DNA of 35,998 nucleotides from a virus: the UHGV virus genome UHGV-0106827; one strand, written 5' to 3'. How positions within the stretch are numbered: position 1 is the stretch's first letter; every line of letters begins with the position of its first letter. The notes beneath the pieces are model-generated. The model was not told the DNA's origin and did no database searches. It saw only the letters and a program-made list of their open reading frames with translations. The position numbers were made by a program, and so were the translations under genes. Shown piece after piece: positions 17,316-27,035 of this stretch.

Positions 17316-20300
17316 ATGAACAAGCTATCTATGGGGGTGTTTCGCTGTTCAAGTGTCAGCGAAATATTGAAATACATTAGGGCAATAACATCTCACCGAG
17401 CGCCGATTAGATACGGCGTGGAAAAGGTGGAAGGCAAAAGCTATGACCGACTACGCCGGGAGGCGAATCAGAAGGCGATAGATTTGCTTAATTCGCTGGT
17501 GGACGGCGCGACACTGACAGATGAACAGCGCCAGATCCTGGCTGGGTACACCGGTGAAGGCGGCATTGGCGGGTCCGTCTCCGAATATTACACACCAAAG
17601 CCGATCGCTGAAGGTGTCTGGGAGATCATGAAGCTCTACGGCGCGGACGTAGGTAACACTCTGGAACCATCGGCGGGAACCGGCGTTTTTAATGAGACAA
17701 AACCGGTTGGTACGGTGATGACCGCGACTGAGATCAGCAGTGTTTCCGGTCGTATAAACCAGTTGTTACACCCGGAAGACAGCGTACAGATTTCCCCGTT
17801 CGAACAGCTGGCTATAAGCACGCCTAACGATTCATTCGACCATGTTGTGGGTAACGTTCCGTTCGGCGGTCGTGATAACACACGCAACATCGATAAGCCT
17901 TACGCAGAAGAAACGGACATGGGTTCTTACTTCATGCTCCGCATGCTGGACAAGATAAAGCCAGGCGGATTCATGTGCGTGATTGTGCCGCCGTCCATTG
18001 TTTCAGGTTCAAACATGAAGCGGTTACGCCTGCGCCTATCACGGAAAGCTGAATTTCTTGGTGCCCACCGCTTGCCTACCGGTACTTTTGACGCAAACGG
18101 GACCAGTACAGTCGTTGATGTGGTGCTGATGCGCAAACATCCGGCAGAGATGGCTGAGAAAATCCCCCTGGTGGATGAAAGCACTCTTGAATCGGCAAAT
18201 GTGCTTTGGCCAACGTTTATTTCTGGCAAGTGGTTTGAAAAGGATGGCCGCCGGTTTGTTCATGGCACCCAGGAAAAGGGCTTCCAGGGGCGTATTGAGG
18301 TTCGTGCCGACGGTCAGATTGATAACCAGGCTCTTAAAGCGAAGCTGATTCATCGTTTCGAAAGCCGTATCGACTGGTCTTTGCTCGATATGGCTGAACC
18401 GTCACTGACCGCAGACGTTGTTGGTGAAGGGGAAATGCGCCTGATTAATGGCGTATGGCAAAAATATGCTGGTGGTCGCTGGATTGAAGCTGATGCCGGG
18501 AAGGAACTTAAAATTGATGCTGCCAGTTATGGCGCGGATAGCTGGGAGGCTCTTCAGCGTAACCTGACTACAACAGAAGGCCGTCTCGGTATGACATTTA
18601 CCCAGATGGCAAATGTCCGCGATAAGTACACCACATCAATCAGCGACGATATGGTGCAGCTGGTGGACTGGATTAACAGCCAGCCTGAAAAATACCGTGA
18701 ACGCTTGTATCGTGGGGCGATGATTGGCCGGATGTTAATTGAATATCAGGATATGAAGGCCGCCGGGCATAGTGCTGAACAAATCGAACAGCAGCGCCTT
18801 TCTCTGGTATCCCGTTTGCAGGCAGAGATTGACCGTTTTGGTAACCCTGGTCGCGGTCCGATAGCTAAATTATCGGGAAGCGGTGCGCGCGCCTGGTTTG
18901 CTTTCCGTGGTGCAATTAAGCTGGATGGCACTATTTCTGACGAGCTGACAGGAAAGCTGGTTACGCATGATTCCAGCGCCAGTTATGACTCCACCAGCTA
19001 TCAGGACACCCTGCGTTATCTCTATAGCGATCTTACCCGCGATCCAATCCAGCTCGATGATTTCCGCCTTGCGTTTACCGGCGAATTGCCAGCCAGTGAT
19101 GAAGAGTTGCTTAATTTATTGGCCAGCACTCCTGGTATTGCGGTTTCACCGTATGGCGGGATTGTTCCGTTCGCCCGCGCCACCAGCGGCGACATTAACG
19201 AGATAGTGGCTCCAAAACAGGAATTCCTCGCCACGCTCCCCGACGGTCCAGTAAAGAACAACGTCCTTAATCAGCTGGCAGCGATCGAAGAGAAGCGCAT
19301 CAAGACGCCAGCAGAGAATATCCGGTTTAAGCTCAATAGCCGTTGGTTCGACCGTTCCGTCATTCTGGAGTTTTTGCAGGAAAACGGCTATCCGGATCTG
19401 CGCTATGTGCAGTCAGTGCAGCTGGAAGGCGACGAAATGGTTTCTGACACCTATCACGGTGGTGATGGCCTGTTCGTCGGGCACCGATACGGTGTCGTCC
19501 AGCGCAAGGATAAAGAAACAGGCGAGATCCGCTACGAGTGGGACCGTAAATCAGGTGAAAACGCGACCGGGTTCCCGGCACAGCTGGAAAAGTATCTCAA
19601 TGGTGCGCGTATCGGTGGCAAAGATAGCGCGACGGCGAACGGCTACCGCGAGCAGATGGCACTGCTTGAGGACCAGTTCAATAAGTGGATCAAGACGCAC
19701 GATCGCTACGATGAGCTGGTTGCCAAATACAACGATGTGTTCAATAGCAATATCCCGTTTGAACACTCTGGCGATCCGCTTGGGTTGAAGGGATTAAGCG
19801 GTAAGCGCCAGCCATTTGATTACCAGAATAGCGAGGTGCGCCGACTGTCCGAAGATGGGCGCGGCATCCTGGGCTTCGGCACCGGGCTGGGTAAAACCAC
19901 GACCGCGCTGGCGCTTGAGGCGTTCAACTATGAGAACGGTCGCTCCACCCGTACTGCTTATGTAGTGCCTAAATCAGTGCTGGAAAATTGGTATTACGAA
20001 GCTAAAGAATTCCTGAGTGAAGAGGCATTCAGTAACTACTTGTTCGTCGGTCTTGATGTGCTGATGGATGGCGATCAGATTCGCCAGGTGCCGGTGCTCG
20101 ATGAGAACGGTAAACCTGTTCTTGGTACTGATGGCACTCCAGTTATGCGCGATGCTCTTAAGCTGGCAGATGAAGCCACTATCACGGCGCGGATGAATGC
20201 GATCCCGCACTCAAATTACCGTGCAGTCGTGTTTACCAAAGAACAATACGCCCGCATTCCGCTACGTGATGACACCGTAGATGAGCATGCACAAGACATG

Positions 20301-23300
20301 CTTTATGACTTCGTTGCTGCCGGACGTGTGGCCAGCGCAATGGATTCCGATTCCCATCGCAAAGAGGCGGCGCGTCGCCGGGTATTGTCGGAGTATTCAG
20401 ATACCGGTACCGAAAAAGCAGAGAAGTATCCGTACTTTGAGGATATGGGCTTCGACAGCGTGATCGCCGACGAAGGCCACAACTACCGCAATAGCTATAA
20501 AAATGGTCGCGAAGCGTCACAGCTGGCCTATCTGCCCACCAGCGCGGTGGCGCAATCGGCGCGAGATATGGCAATCAAAAACGCGTACCTGATGAAAAAG
20601 AATGGCGGGCGCGGACCGGTTCTCCTGACTGCAACGCCAGTCGTTAACACCCCGATCGATGCATACAACATGCTTTCTCATGTTCTGCCGAAAGAATACT
20701 GGCAGAAGATGGGGATCTACGGTCCTGATGACTTCGTTAAATTCTTCGGCAAGACCAGGCTGGAAACGGTACAGAAAATCAGCGGTGAAGTTGAAGAAAA
20801 AATGGCGCTGGTGGGCTTTGAAAACCTTGATGCGCTGCGCGGCATATTCCATCGCTGGACAACGCTTAAAACGGCGGAAGACGTTAAGGATACCGTGGAG
20901 ATCCCGGAACTGGACGAACACCAGCAGGATGCACCACTTACGGAAGAACAACTGGCGGCGTATGAAGAATTGCGTCAGCAGGCGGAAGCGGCAGCCAAAG
21001 CCAACAATGGCGTAACGACCTCGGTCAATGAAGACGGCGTGATTGAGCACGAGAAAGCCCGTCCGATCTTCTCAATAATCAGGGATATGGACCGCGTATG
21101 TACTGACATGGACCTGTACTATCGCAGGATCACCTATCGTTTCCTGCCGGAGTACGCCGATGCGGTGCAGCAGCTGGCGGACAGTTTGCCTAAACAAGCC
21201 ACCAGCGAAGACGACGACAGTGATGATTCGATCACGCAGCAATCGCAATACTCCCTGATAGATAAGGGCGAGTTTATTCAGTTGCAGGTACCGGAAGCAT
21301 TTGAGCAGGAAGTGAATAAGCGCCTGGCCAAGTTTGGCATTGACGAACAGACCGTAACTCACCCCGTTACACCCAAATACGCGAAGCTGATCGCCACGCT
21401 GAAGGAGTTTTTCCCGGAAGGTAAGCAAATCATCTTCACCGATGAAAAAACGCAGCACCAGAAGCTCAAGCGCATTATCTGCAATGCTCTTAACCTTGAA
21501 CCTTCAAAGGTGGGTATCCTGAATGCTCAGACGGTTGCCGAGGCAGGTAAAACCGGTAAGAAACTGAAAGCGGTTAAACCACCGAAAGAGCTACCGGATG
21601 AACCAACAGATGCACAGATAGCGAAATACAACGAGCAAATGGCTCTGTATGACGCCTATATCGCGCAGCAAAATGAAATGTCGCTGGGTGGGCTGGAAAA
21701 GATTGCTGCCGACTTCCAGGAGGGCCGGACTCCGATCATCATCTGCAACAAAAAGGCAGAGGTGGGTATCAACCTGCATCGAGGAACGACTGACATCCAT
21801 CATCTGACGTTGCCATGGACACCAGCCAGTATCGCACAGCGTAACGGTCGCGGTGCCCGAGTTGGTTCCAACCGTGCAAGCGTTCGCGTTCACTACTACT
21901 GCGGCAAGGGTTCTTTCGATGAATACCGACTGAAGACGCTGAAGCGTAAAGCAGGCTGGATCTCCGATATCCTCCGTTCAGATAAGTCAGAAATGGAGAA
22001 CGCCGACGCCAACGATATGATCGAAATGCAGATGTATACCGCTAAGGATGATGGCGAACGTCTGGCAATGATGCAGGTTCAAATGGATAAGGCGAAAGCC
22101 GCGCAACGCGCTCGCCAGAAAGAACAGGCTACTATCGACCTTCAGAACTACATCAAGGCGCAGCACGCAGCTGGCGAGGATGTGGAGGTACTTACCGCTG
22201 AATTAGAGCGAAGCAAAGCGGAACTTGAAAAGACCACCGCCGAGGTAGCTAAATTCAAACAGGCGGTAATGGCCAAAGCAGCTGATAACGCAGACTGGAA
22301 GGCCCGCTGGGGGAGCGTCCATCACACAGACCGTATGTTGTTAGCACAGTATCGCGCGTCGTTGAAAAACGCCATTCAGCGCAAGGCTAATATCTCTCAA
22401 GCCATCTCCCGCTATGAGAAATTATTGAACCGTACTCAGAAGGCCGCGACGGATATCAAACGCCTGCGCCCGCTGGTGGAGGATGCAATAAATAAAGGCA
22501 TTCTGGATGTTGATCCTGACCTGGTTAACCATGCGAGTGAGTTCCTTGTTATCGGCGATCGCTCATGGCGTGTAGGCCAATACTACGATTGTGCCGGTGA
22601 TATCGTTCGCATTAAGTCGCTGGACTTCGACAGCCAGCGCGCAGACGTGGAGATCATCTTTACCTTCAAAGGCACCAAATCGGGTAACTGGGATGTGAAG
22701 ACGCTGGATAAACAGGTGGATGTAACTCCCGATGAAGATGCTGTTATGCAGAAAATCAGTGGTGGCGTCTCCATCGCCGGGATTAACGACATCATTTCCT
22801 GTGACGATTTCTACCGTTTCCAGCAGCGCGGCATGATCAAAATCACTGACTCGTACGGCGTTCAGACTACAGAGTCAGGCTATAGCATTGATTTTGTTGG
22901 TACCTATACGGACCCACTGAAGCATGCGGTTTACCCGGATCGCCGTGACGGCGCGCTGAAGTCGTCAATTGCAAAATGGGTGCTTGGTATGATGTCGGAA
23001 GGGAATAACCGCCAGATCCGTTCGGCAGAAACATTCCTGGTTGAATTGTTTGGCTCCAATTATGGCGATGTAATCGCGTCATACGGAGATACGCTATCCC
23101 CTGAAGCAATTCAGGAGAAAATAGCGGATGCGATCGCCAGAATGCCGGAAAAAACAAGCCAGGGGGCTACTCGTAACGGGGATTCTGAACTTGAAGTCAC
23201 CAATGCCATTTTCGGTACCAATGAGTTCCGGGCGTCAGATTATGAGATCACCACAGCACAGTTTGGCACCATTGGCATTTACAGCAATAAAGCCGAGATC

Positions 23301-24083
23301 AAGCAGGCAATGGACGCAGCAAGCGCGCGCATCGCAGCAGAACGGGAAGCCAATCTGAATCATGCAGTCGCCGCGCTGACTCAATCGTGGGTAACAGCAA
23401 TCAGGGAGGCCGCCACCACAGGGAAAATCACACCTGCAATAGCGGATGTCGTAAACGACGGCTCTAAATTTATGGATGCCTATCAAATGGATGCGGTGAA
23501 GTTGCCATCAGCCTATGGTCAACTCAGCTATCGCATGACCTACAACCTGGTATCAATGTTTTCCGACCTTGCCATCCTTGGGCTGGTGGATCTTAACGAG
23601 GTTACGCCGGAATTGCTCAGCATGCGCAAGAATCATGTGGAGATATTGCAGAGAATTAACACGGTTCTTGCCGGGCGCACCGATGAAGAGAAACAGGCCG
23701 ACGCTGATCGGATAAACCTGGCCCTTGGCAACATCACGGAGGAAGAGATTGCCGCCAGAAACGAGAAACAAGAAGAGTTATCATCAATACAGGGTGATGC
23801 CACCAGCATAGCTCAGTCTCTTGGTCTGAATTATCGCGTATCCACCGCCGACCTGAAGATGATGTACGCACCAAAATTCGCCGCTGGCGAGGTATTTGGG
23901 CTTCAGGAAGCCTCAGGCATGAAAGGCGTTCTTTTCCGTGCGAAAGACGCAATCAAGGCGAAATTCGGCGCTCGCTGGCTGCCAGCGAAGGCGAAGAACA
24001 GCGATTTCCCGGGTAACTGGTGGATTATCGAGACAAAACACAACGTGGCGGACGTTCTGGCCGTCATCCAACAATACGCATAA
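17316..24083 (+). CDS. darB: DarB antirestriction protein (methyltransferase plus DExH helicase giant protein)
   Basis: 2255 aa; ATG with AAGGA 6 nt upstream; SAM-binding-like LEPSAGTGVF and VGNVPFGG motif N-terminally; helicase Walker A GFGTGLGKTTT and DExH box VIADEGHNY; size matches P1 DarB. Confidence 0.85.
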   Translation: MNKLSMGVFRCSSVSEILKYIRAITSHRAPIRYGVEKVEGKSYDRLRREANQKAIDLLNSLVDGATLTDEQRQILAGYTGEGGIGGSVSEYYTPKPIAEGVWEIMKLYGADVGNTLEPSAGTGVFNETKPVGTVMTATEISSVSGRINQLLHPEDSVQISPFEQLAISTPNDSFDHVVGNVPFGGRDNTRNIDKPYAEETDMGSYFMLRMLDKIKPGGFMCVIVPPSIVSGSNMKRLRLRLSRKAEFLGAHRLPTGTFDANGTSTVVDVVLMRKHPAEMAEKIPLVDESTLESANVLWPTFISGKWFEKDGRRFVHGTQEKGFQGRIEVRADGQIDNQALKAKLIHRFESRIDWSLLDMAEPSLTADVVGEGEMRLINGVWQKYAGGRWIEADAGKELKIDAASYGADSWEALQRNLTTTEGRLGMTFTQMANVRDKYTTSISDDMVQLVDWINSQPEKYRERLYRGAMIGRMLIEYQDMKAAGHSAEQIEQQRLSLVSRLQAEIDRFGNPGRGPIAKLSGSGARAWFAFRGAIKLDGTISDELTGKLVTHDSSASYDSTSYQDTLRYLYSDLTRDPIQLDDFRLAFTGELPASDEELLNLLASTPGIAVSPYGGIVPFARATSGDINEIVAPKQEFLATLPDGPVKNNVLNQLAAIEEKRIKTPAENIRFKLNSRWFDRSVILEFLQENGYPDLRYVQSVQLEGDEMVSDTYHGGDGLFVGHRYGVVQRKDKETGEIRYEWDRKSGENATGFPAQLEKYLNGARIGGKDSATANGYREQMALLEDQFNKWIKTHDRYDELVAKYNDVFNSNIPFEHSGDPLGLKGLSGKRQPFDYQNSEVRRLSEDGRGILGFGTGLGKTTTALALEAFNYENGRSTRTAYVVPKSVLENWYYEAKEFLSEEAFSNYLFVGLDVLMDGDQIRQVPVLDENGKPVLGTDGTPVMRDALKLADEATITARMNAIPHSNYRAVVFTKEQYARIPLRDDTVDEHAQDMLYDFVAAGRVASAMDSDSHRKEAARRRVLSEYSDTGTEKAEKYPYFEDMGFDSVIADEGHNYRNSYKNGREASQLAYLPTSAVAQSARDMAIKNAYLMKKNGGRGPVLLTATPVVNTPIDAYNMLSHVLPKEYWQKMGIYGPDDFVKFFGKTRLETVQKISGEVEEKMALVGFENLDALRGIFHRWTTLKTAEDVKDTVEIPELDEHQQDAPLTEEQLAAYEELRQQAEAAAKANNGVTTSVNEDGVIEHEKARPIFSIIRDMDRVCTDMDLYYRRITYRFLPEYADAVQQLADSLPKQATSEDDDSDDSITQQSQYSLIDKGEFIQLQVPEAFEQEVNKRLAKFGIDEQTVTHPVTPKYAKLIATLKEFFPEGKQIIFTDEKTQHQKLKRIICNALNLEPSKVGILNAQTVAEAGKTGKKLKAVKPPKELPDEPTDAQIAKYNEQMALYDAYIAQQNEMSLGGLEKIAADFQEGRTPIIICNKKAEVGINLHRGTTDIHHLTLPWTPASIAQRNGRGARVGSNRASVRVHYYCGKGSFDEYRLKTLKRKAGWISDILRSDKSEMENADANDMIEMQMYTAKDDGERLAMMQVQMDKAKAAQRARQKEQATIDLQNYIKAQHAAGEDVEVLTAELERSKAELEKTTAEVAKFKQAVMAKAADNADWKARWGSVHHTDRMLLAQYRASLKNAIQRKANISQAISRYEKLLNRTQKAATDIKRLRPLVEDAINKGILDVDPDLVNHASEFLVIGDRSWRVGQYYDCAGDIVRIKSLDFDSQRADVEIIFTFKGTKSGNWDVKTLDKQVDVTPDEDAVMQKISGGVSIAGINDIISCDDFYRFQQRGMIKITDSYGVQTTESGYSIDFVGTYTDPLKHAVYPDRRDGALKSSIAKWVLGMMSEGNNRQIRSAETFLVELFGSNYGDVIASYGDTLSPEAIQEKIADAIARMPEKTSQGATRNGDSELEVTNAIFGTNEFRASDYEITTAQFGTIGIYSNKAEIKQAMDAASARIAAEREANLNHAVAALTQSWVTAIREAATTGKITPAIADVVNDGSKFMDAYQMDAVKLPSAYGQLSYRMTYNLVSMFSDLAILGLVDLNEVTPELLSMRKNHVEILQRINTVLAGRTDEEKQADADRINLALGNITEEEIAARNEKQEELSSIQGDATSIAQSLGLNYRVSTADLKMMYAPKFAAGEVFGLQEASGMKGVLFRAKDAIKAKFGARWLPAKAKNSDFPGNWWIIETKHNVADVLAVIQQYA

Positions 24084-24116
24084 CAGGAGCGCCCGGTTCG
24101 CCGGGCGTCGCATAAT

Positions 24117-24557
24117 ATGGCCACACTATCTGATACAATAAAACCGAATAAAACATATCTTGAGGCGGTACTCCGTACAGCGTTGTTAGGAAAGACAGAA
24201 GACGAATACGTTGATTTCTTCCTGTCAGGGCTACGCGGGCGATTACTGAAAAATCCCCGCCTGTACCGCAGCTATGGTCCATACTGGCCGGAAATTAAAA
24301 AATTATTACTGGAGCGCGGTTATGGTAATTTCGGTCGTCTCGTTGACCGTGACGTTCGCAAAATTTACCGTTATGACCGCCCGGCGCTAACACTCATAGC
24401 CGCGACGCTCTACAGCCAGGAGCGTTTTGATAATGGTCAGATATACTCAGCCTGGCATTTACTGCCAGTGCCTGAAGAAGTTGACGACCAGGACTATGAG
24501 TTTGAGTCTTACGATTTGGAAGTTGAAGCCTTGGCACAGGCTGGAGAGAAAACTTGA
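24117..24557 (+). CDS. Small protein downstream of darB (ulx-like position)
   Basis: 146 aa, normal GC content, immediately follows darB. Confidence 0.45.
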   Translation: MATLSDTIKPNKTYLEAVLRTALLGKTEDEYVDFFLSGLRGRLLKNPRLYRSYGPYWPEIKKLLLERGYGNFGRLVDRDVRKIYRYDRPALTLIAATLYSQERFDNGQIYSAWHLLPVPEEVDDQDYEFESYDLEVEALAQAGEKT

Positions 24558-24802
24558 AAAAGCGATACTACACAGTAAAGCATGGGACGCTACGAGCATT
24601 ACAAGAGTTTGCTGACAAGCATAACGTTGAGGTGCGCAGGGAAGGGGGAAGTAAAGCTCTGCGCATGTACCGTCCGGACGGGAAATGGCGTACGGTCGTC
24701 GATTTCAAAACTAACAGTGTTCCCCAGGGCGTCCGCGATCGGGCATTCGAAGAATGGGAGCAGATCATCATAGATAACGCATTGCTCCTGAATGCTGATT
24801 AA
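24554..24802 (+). CDS. Small basic protein (lxc-like position)
   Basis: 82 aa overlapping the upstream stop; followed by a hairpin. Confidence 0.45.
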   Translation: MKKRYYTVKHGTLRALQEFADKHNVEVRREGGSKALRMYRPDGKWRTVVDFKTNSVPQGVRDRAFEEWEQIIIDNALLLNAD

Positions 24803-24806
24803 GAAC

Positions 24807-24835
24807 TCTCCGGCCTAGGGAGATTAGGCCGGAGA
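24807..24835. terminator. Hairpin at the left border of the AT-rich island (possible bidirectional terminator or insertion junction)
   Basis: 10-bp perfect inverted repeat TCTCCGGCCT / AGGCCGGAGA with a 9-nt loop, between two convergent genes; no strong U-tract. Confidence 0.45.
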
Positions 24836-24843
24836 TAAATATA

Positions 24844-26148
24844 CTATATAAACTTAGATACAATATCGTGAATCTGTTGTAGCGGGATATCTTCCATCTC
24901 ATTCTTAATAAGAGAGCGGTTAGATGCTGTCAGTGAAGGCCATTTTGTTTTCCAGGCTAGATATGCTCGCCATGAGTAGCCTGTTTCGTAAGGTTTATTC
25001 ATATAAGTCATTGAGTGTTCAACCGCATGTATGTATTTTTTCTCAAAATTGGTTCCTTTTACTTCAAATAAACTACCGAAATAAATAAGCCATTTTGCCA
25101 GGTGTTCATACTGCTCCCATGCGCCAGGCTTTTTAGTAAGCTCTATTTTTTTATCTATTATATTACAAAAAACATTTAATACATTTTCATTATTCCAGCT
25201 ATATCCAGATGATGAAATGGAGGAAATGATATGATAAAAAGAATCCTCTAGCTTCAAGAACTCTATTTTATACTCTCTTCCGTTTTTTATTACCGATTTG
25301 ATTGAGTGCCTCAATTTGTCTTTTATTTTTTTTGCTTCTGGAATTTTATCGTTAAGTTTTCTAAAGAAATCAGATACCTCTGTTTTATCTATAACCCTAA
25401 CCCCATAGCAGGAAAAATAGTAATCTTTAATAGGTTGCAATAGTTCCCCTCGGGAAACAAGGAAAATATTGGAGGACATTACGTTGTCCCGTGAAAATAC
25501 CTTATATTCATTTATAATAGCCTTTAGGTTCGCGTCACTTAGAGAATAGCCAAGGATAACAATAGTGTTTTCATGTAGAACTGTGCTTAGTTTATTAGAA
25601 AAGTAAGAATTACCATTTATAAATCTGAAATAATCCTCGCTAGTAACAACCATGTCTGATGGGGAGTCTATAGAACCGTGAACATGGTAGACTTTAACCT
25701 CACAATTATATTTTGGAATTGGCAGGCCGGGGGTGATTGTACAAGTTCGATTCTCTCCAGCCAGCTTTTCTGCTAACTTGTCATAATTTGTCGTAATTAC
25801 TTTAAATGTGTTTTCTTTGAAAAAGTCTTGAATATATTCAATTGATGGATCAAGTTCGATTGAGGCTATGATTTTCTCAATCTCTTGGTAAATATTTTTC
25901 CCCGAAAGTATAAGTTTTAGTGCAATAACCTGAGCAGCTTCTTCAAGGCTAAGGTCTTTTGCTTTTCCATCAGGAAATAATTCCTCTTTGAGTGAGTCAC
26001 CATCCTTCAATAAACCGCACAGTTGCTCCAATAAAGATTGCCAACTTGGGGCTTTATCATCAGAAACAGCCTTTGAAAATCCAGTGCCTGTAAGAAAGCA
26101 CAGCCTATGTGTAGCCGCTGCATAGGCAATTTCTATATACTCGCTCAT
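24844..26148 (-). CDS. SIR2-like (ThsA-type, SIR2_2 family) NAD+-hydrolase domain protein with an uncharacterised C-terminal domain; candidate defence effector
   Basis: 434 aa. Motifs FLTGTGFS (res ~18-25), VITTNYDKL (catalytic Asn) and VYHVHGSIDSPSDMVVTSEDY (catalytic His) occur with the spacing seen in ThsA/DSR sirtuin-like domains; IVILGYSLSDANL matches the family's FVGFSFTDPNL strand. The gene is markedly AT-rich relative to its flanks. Confidence 0.8.
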   Translation of the reverse strand: MSEYIEIAYAAATHRLCFLTGTGFSKAVSDDKAPSWQSLLEQLCGLLKDGDSLKEELFPDGKAKDLSLEEAAQVIALKLILSGKNIYQEIEKIIASIELDPSIEYIQDFFKENTFKVITTNYDKLAEKLAGENRTCTITPGLPIPKYNCEVKVYHVHGSIDSPSDMVVTSEDYFRFINGNSYFSNKLSTVLHENTIVILGYSLSDANLKAIINEYKVFSRDNVMSSNIFLVSRGELLQPIKDYYFSCYGVRVIDKTEVSDFFRKLNDKIPEAKKIKDKLRHSIKSVIKNGREYKIEFLKLEDSFYHIISSISSSGYSWNNENVLNVFCNIIDKKIELTKKPGAWEQYEHLAKWLIYFGSLFEVKGTNFEKKYIHAVEHSMTYMNKPYETGYSWRAYLAWKTKWPSLTASNRSLIKNEMEDIPLQQIHDIVSKFI

Positions 26149-26204
26149 TACTTACTCCATTTACTTATAGTTCTACGGAGAAGTATACCCTAATGCATTG
26201 ACGT

Positions 26205-26993
26205 TTATAGATAATTTCCTTTTCCTGTTAATACTCCCTTAGGCACCTGTTTTTGTGCCAGCGTTTGGGTCCCGCGAATTATGTTAATCAGAGGGCTTAG
26301 TAACGATGGTTCCTGGCGTGCCTCAACTTCTCCAGCCATTGCCCTGATGTAGTCGGCGCTGGCAACGTTGTTGTATTCCGTCGCAAAGCAACATAGTAAC
26401 GTCAGAACATGCTCTGTCGTTATTTCGCTCCAGTTGATGTTGAAAAATTCATCGCCTTTTTTATCGTGTTCGGAATCGAAGATGCTTTGGTGGAGGATGT
26501 ATTTGCCGGATTCCTTGCGCGGTAACTTGATTGCTTTCTGGCGTTCCAGCTCCTTATAAATCTGCATTGCCTCAATTAGTACCGGCCTGCCGTTCATGAA
26601 GGGATCGCGCAACCTTACACGCTGGCCAACTCGACCAGTAATAAAGCTGTTTTCCTCTTCCACCAGCACGATAAAACCCTTTTCCTCTTTTTCTCGCAAT
26701 TCGCGCAGCAGCTGGAGTTCCATATCGCGGCGGCGTTCAGGGTAGCTGGTCCGCTCAGCCATTATTAGCTCATTGTTGATCCATGCAGCAGTCATTGACG
26801 CCGGTTTGCCGACGCTCATCGAAACAACGCATATTTTCTTATCCATAGCGCCCCCTACAAAAAAGAAAAGCCACCAGCGGCGGCTTAGCAATACAACTGA
26901 AGGTAGCGCCCGGTACTCAGACTGTGCCGTCCATGGAATATTTGAAAAGGGATCCATCCGTACCGGGCATGTGATGATTCTGACTGAAGTCAC
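26205..26993 (-). CDS. Mat-like protein (position of the P1 particle maturation gene; identity not verified)
   Basis: Track ORF 262 aa; a likelier start is ATG 26844-26846 (213 aa) with a G-rich SD. Normal GC; lies between ref and the island. Confidence 0.45.
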   Translation of the reverse strand: MTSVRIITCPVRMDPFSNIPWTAQSEYRALPSVVLLSRRWWLFFFVGGAMDKKICVVSMSVGKPASMTAAWINNELIMAERTSYPERRRDMELQLLRELREKEEKGFIVLVEEENSFITGRVGQRVRLRDPFMNGRPVLIEAMQIYKELERQKAIKLPRKESGKYILHQSIFDSEHDKKGDEFFNINWSEITTEHVLTLLCCFATEYNNVASADYIRAMAGEVEARQEPSLLSPLINIIRGTQTLAQKQVPKGVLTGKGNYL

Positions 26994-27035
26994 TTGTCAG
27001 TTGTCAATTATTTCAGATTAAAAATAATATATTTA

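Noticed and set aside
20517-21458. Antisense ORFs of 128-177 aa inside darB
   Set aside because: They lie entirely within a well-supported 2255-aa gene on the other strand, with no RBS and Arg/Phe-rich translations typical of shadow frames.
26205-26993. Possibility that the mat-like gene is a TIR-domain (ThsB-like) partner of the SIR2 gene
   Set aside because: No TIR hallmarks visible, GC content matches the P1 backbone rather than the island, and its position matches P1 mat. Still worth a profile search.
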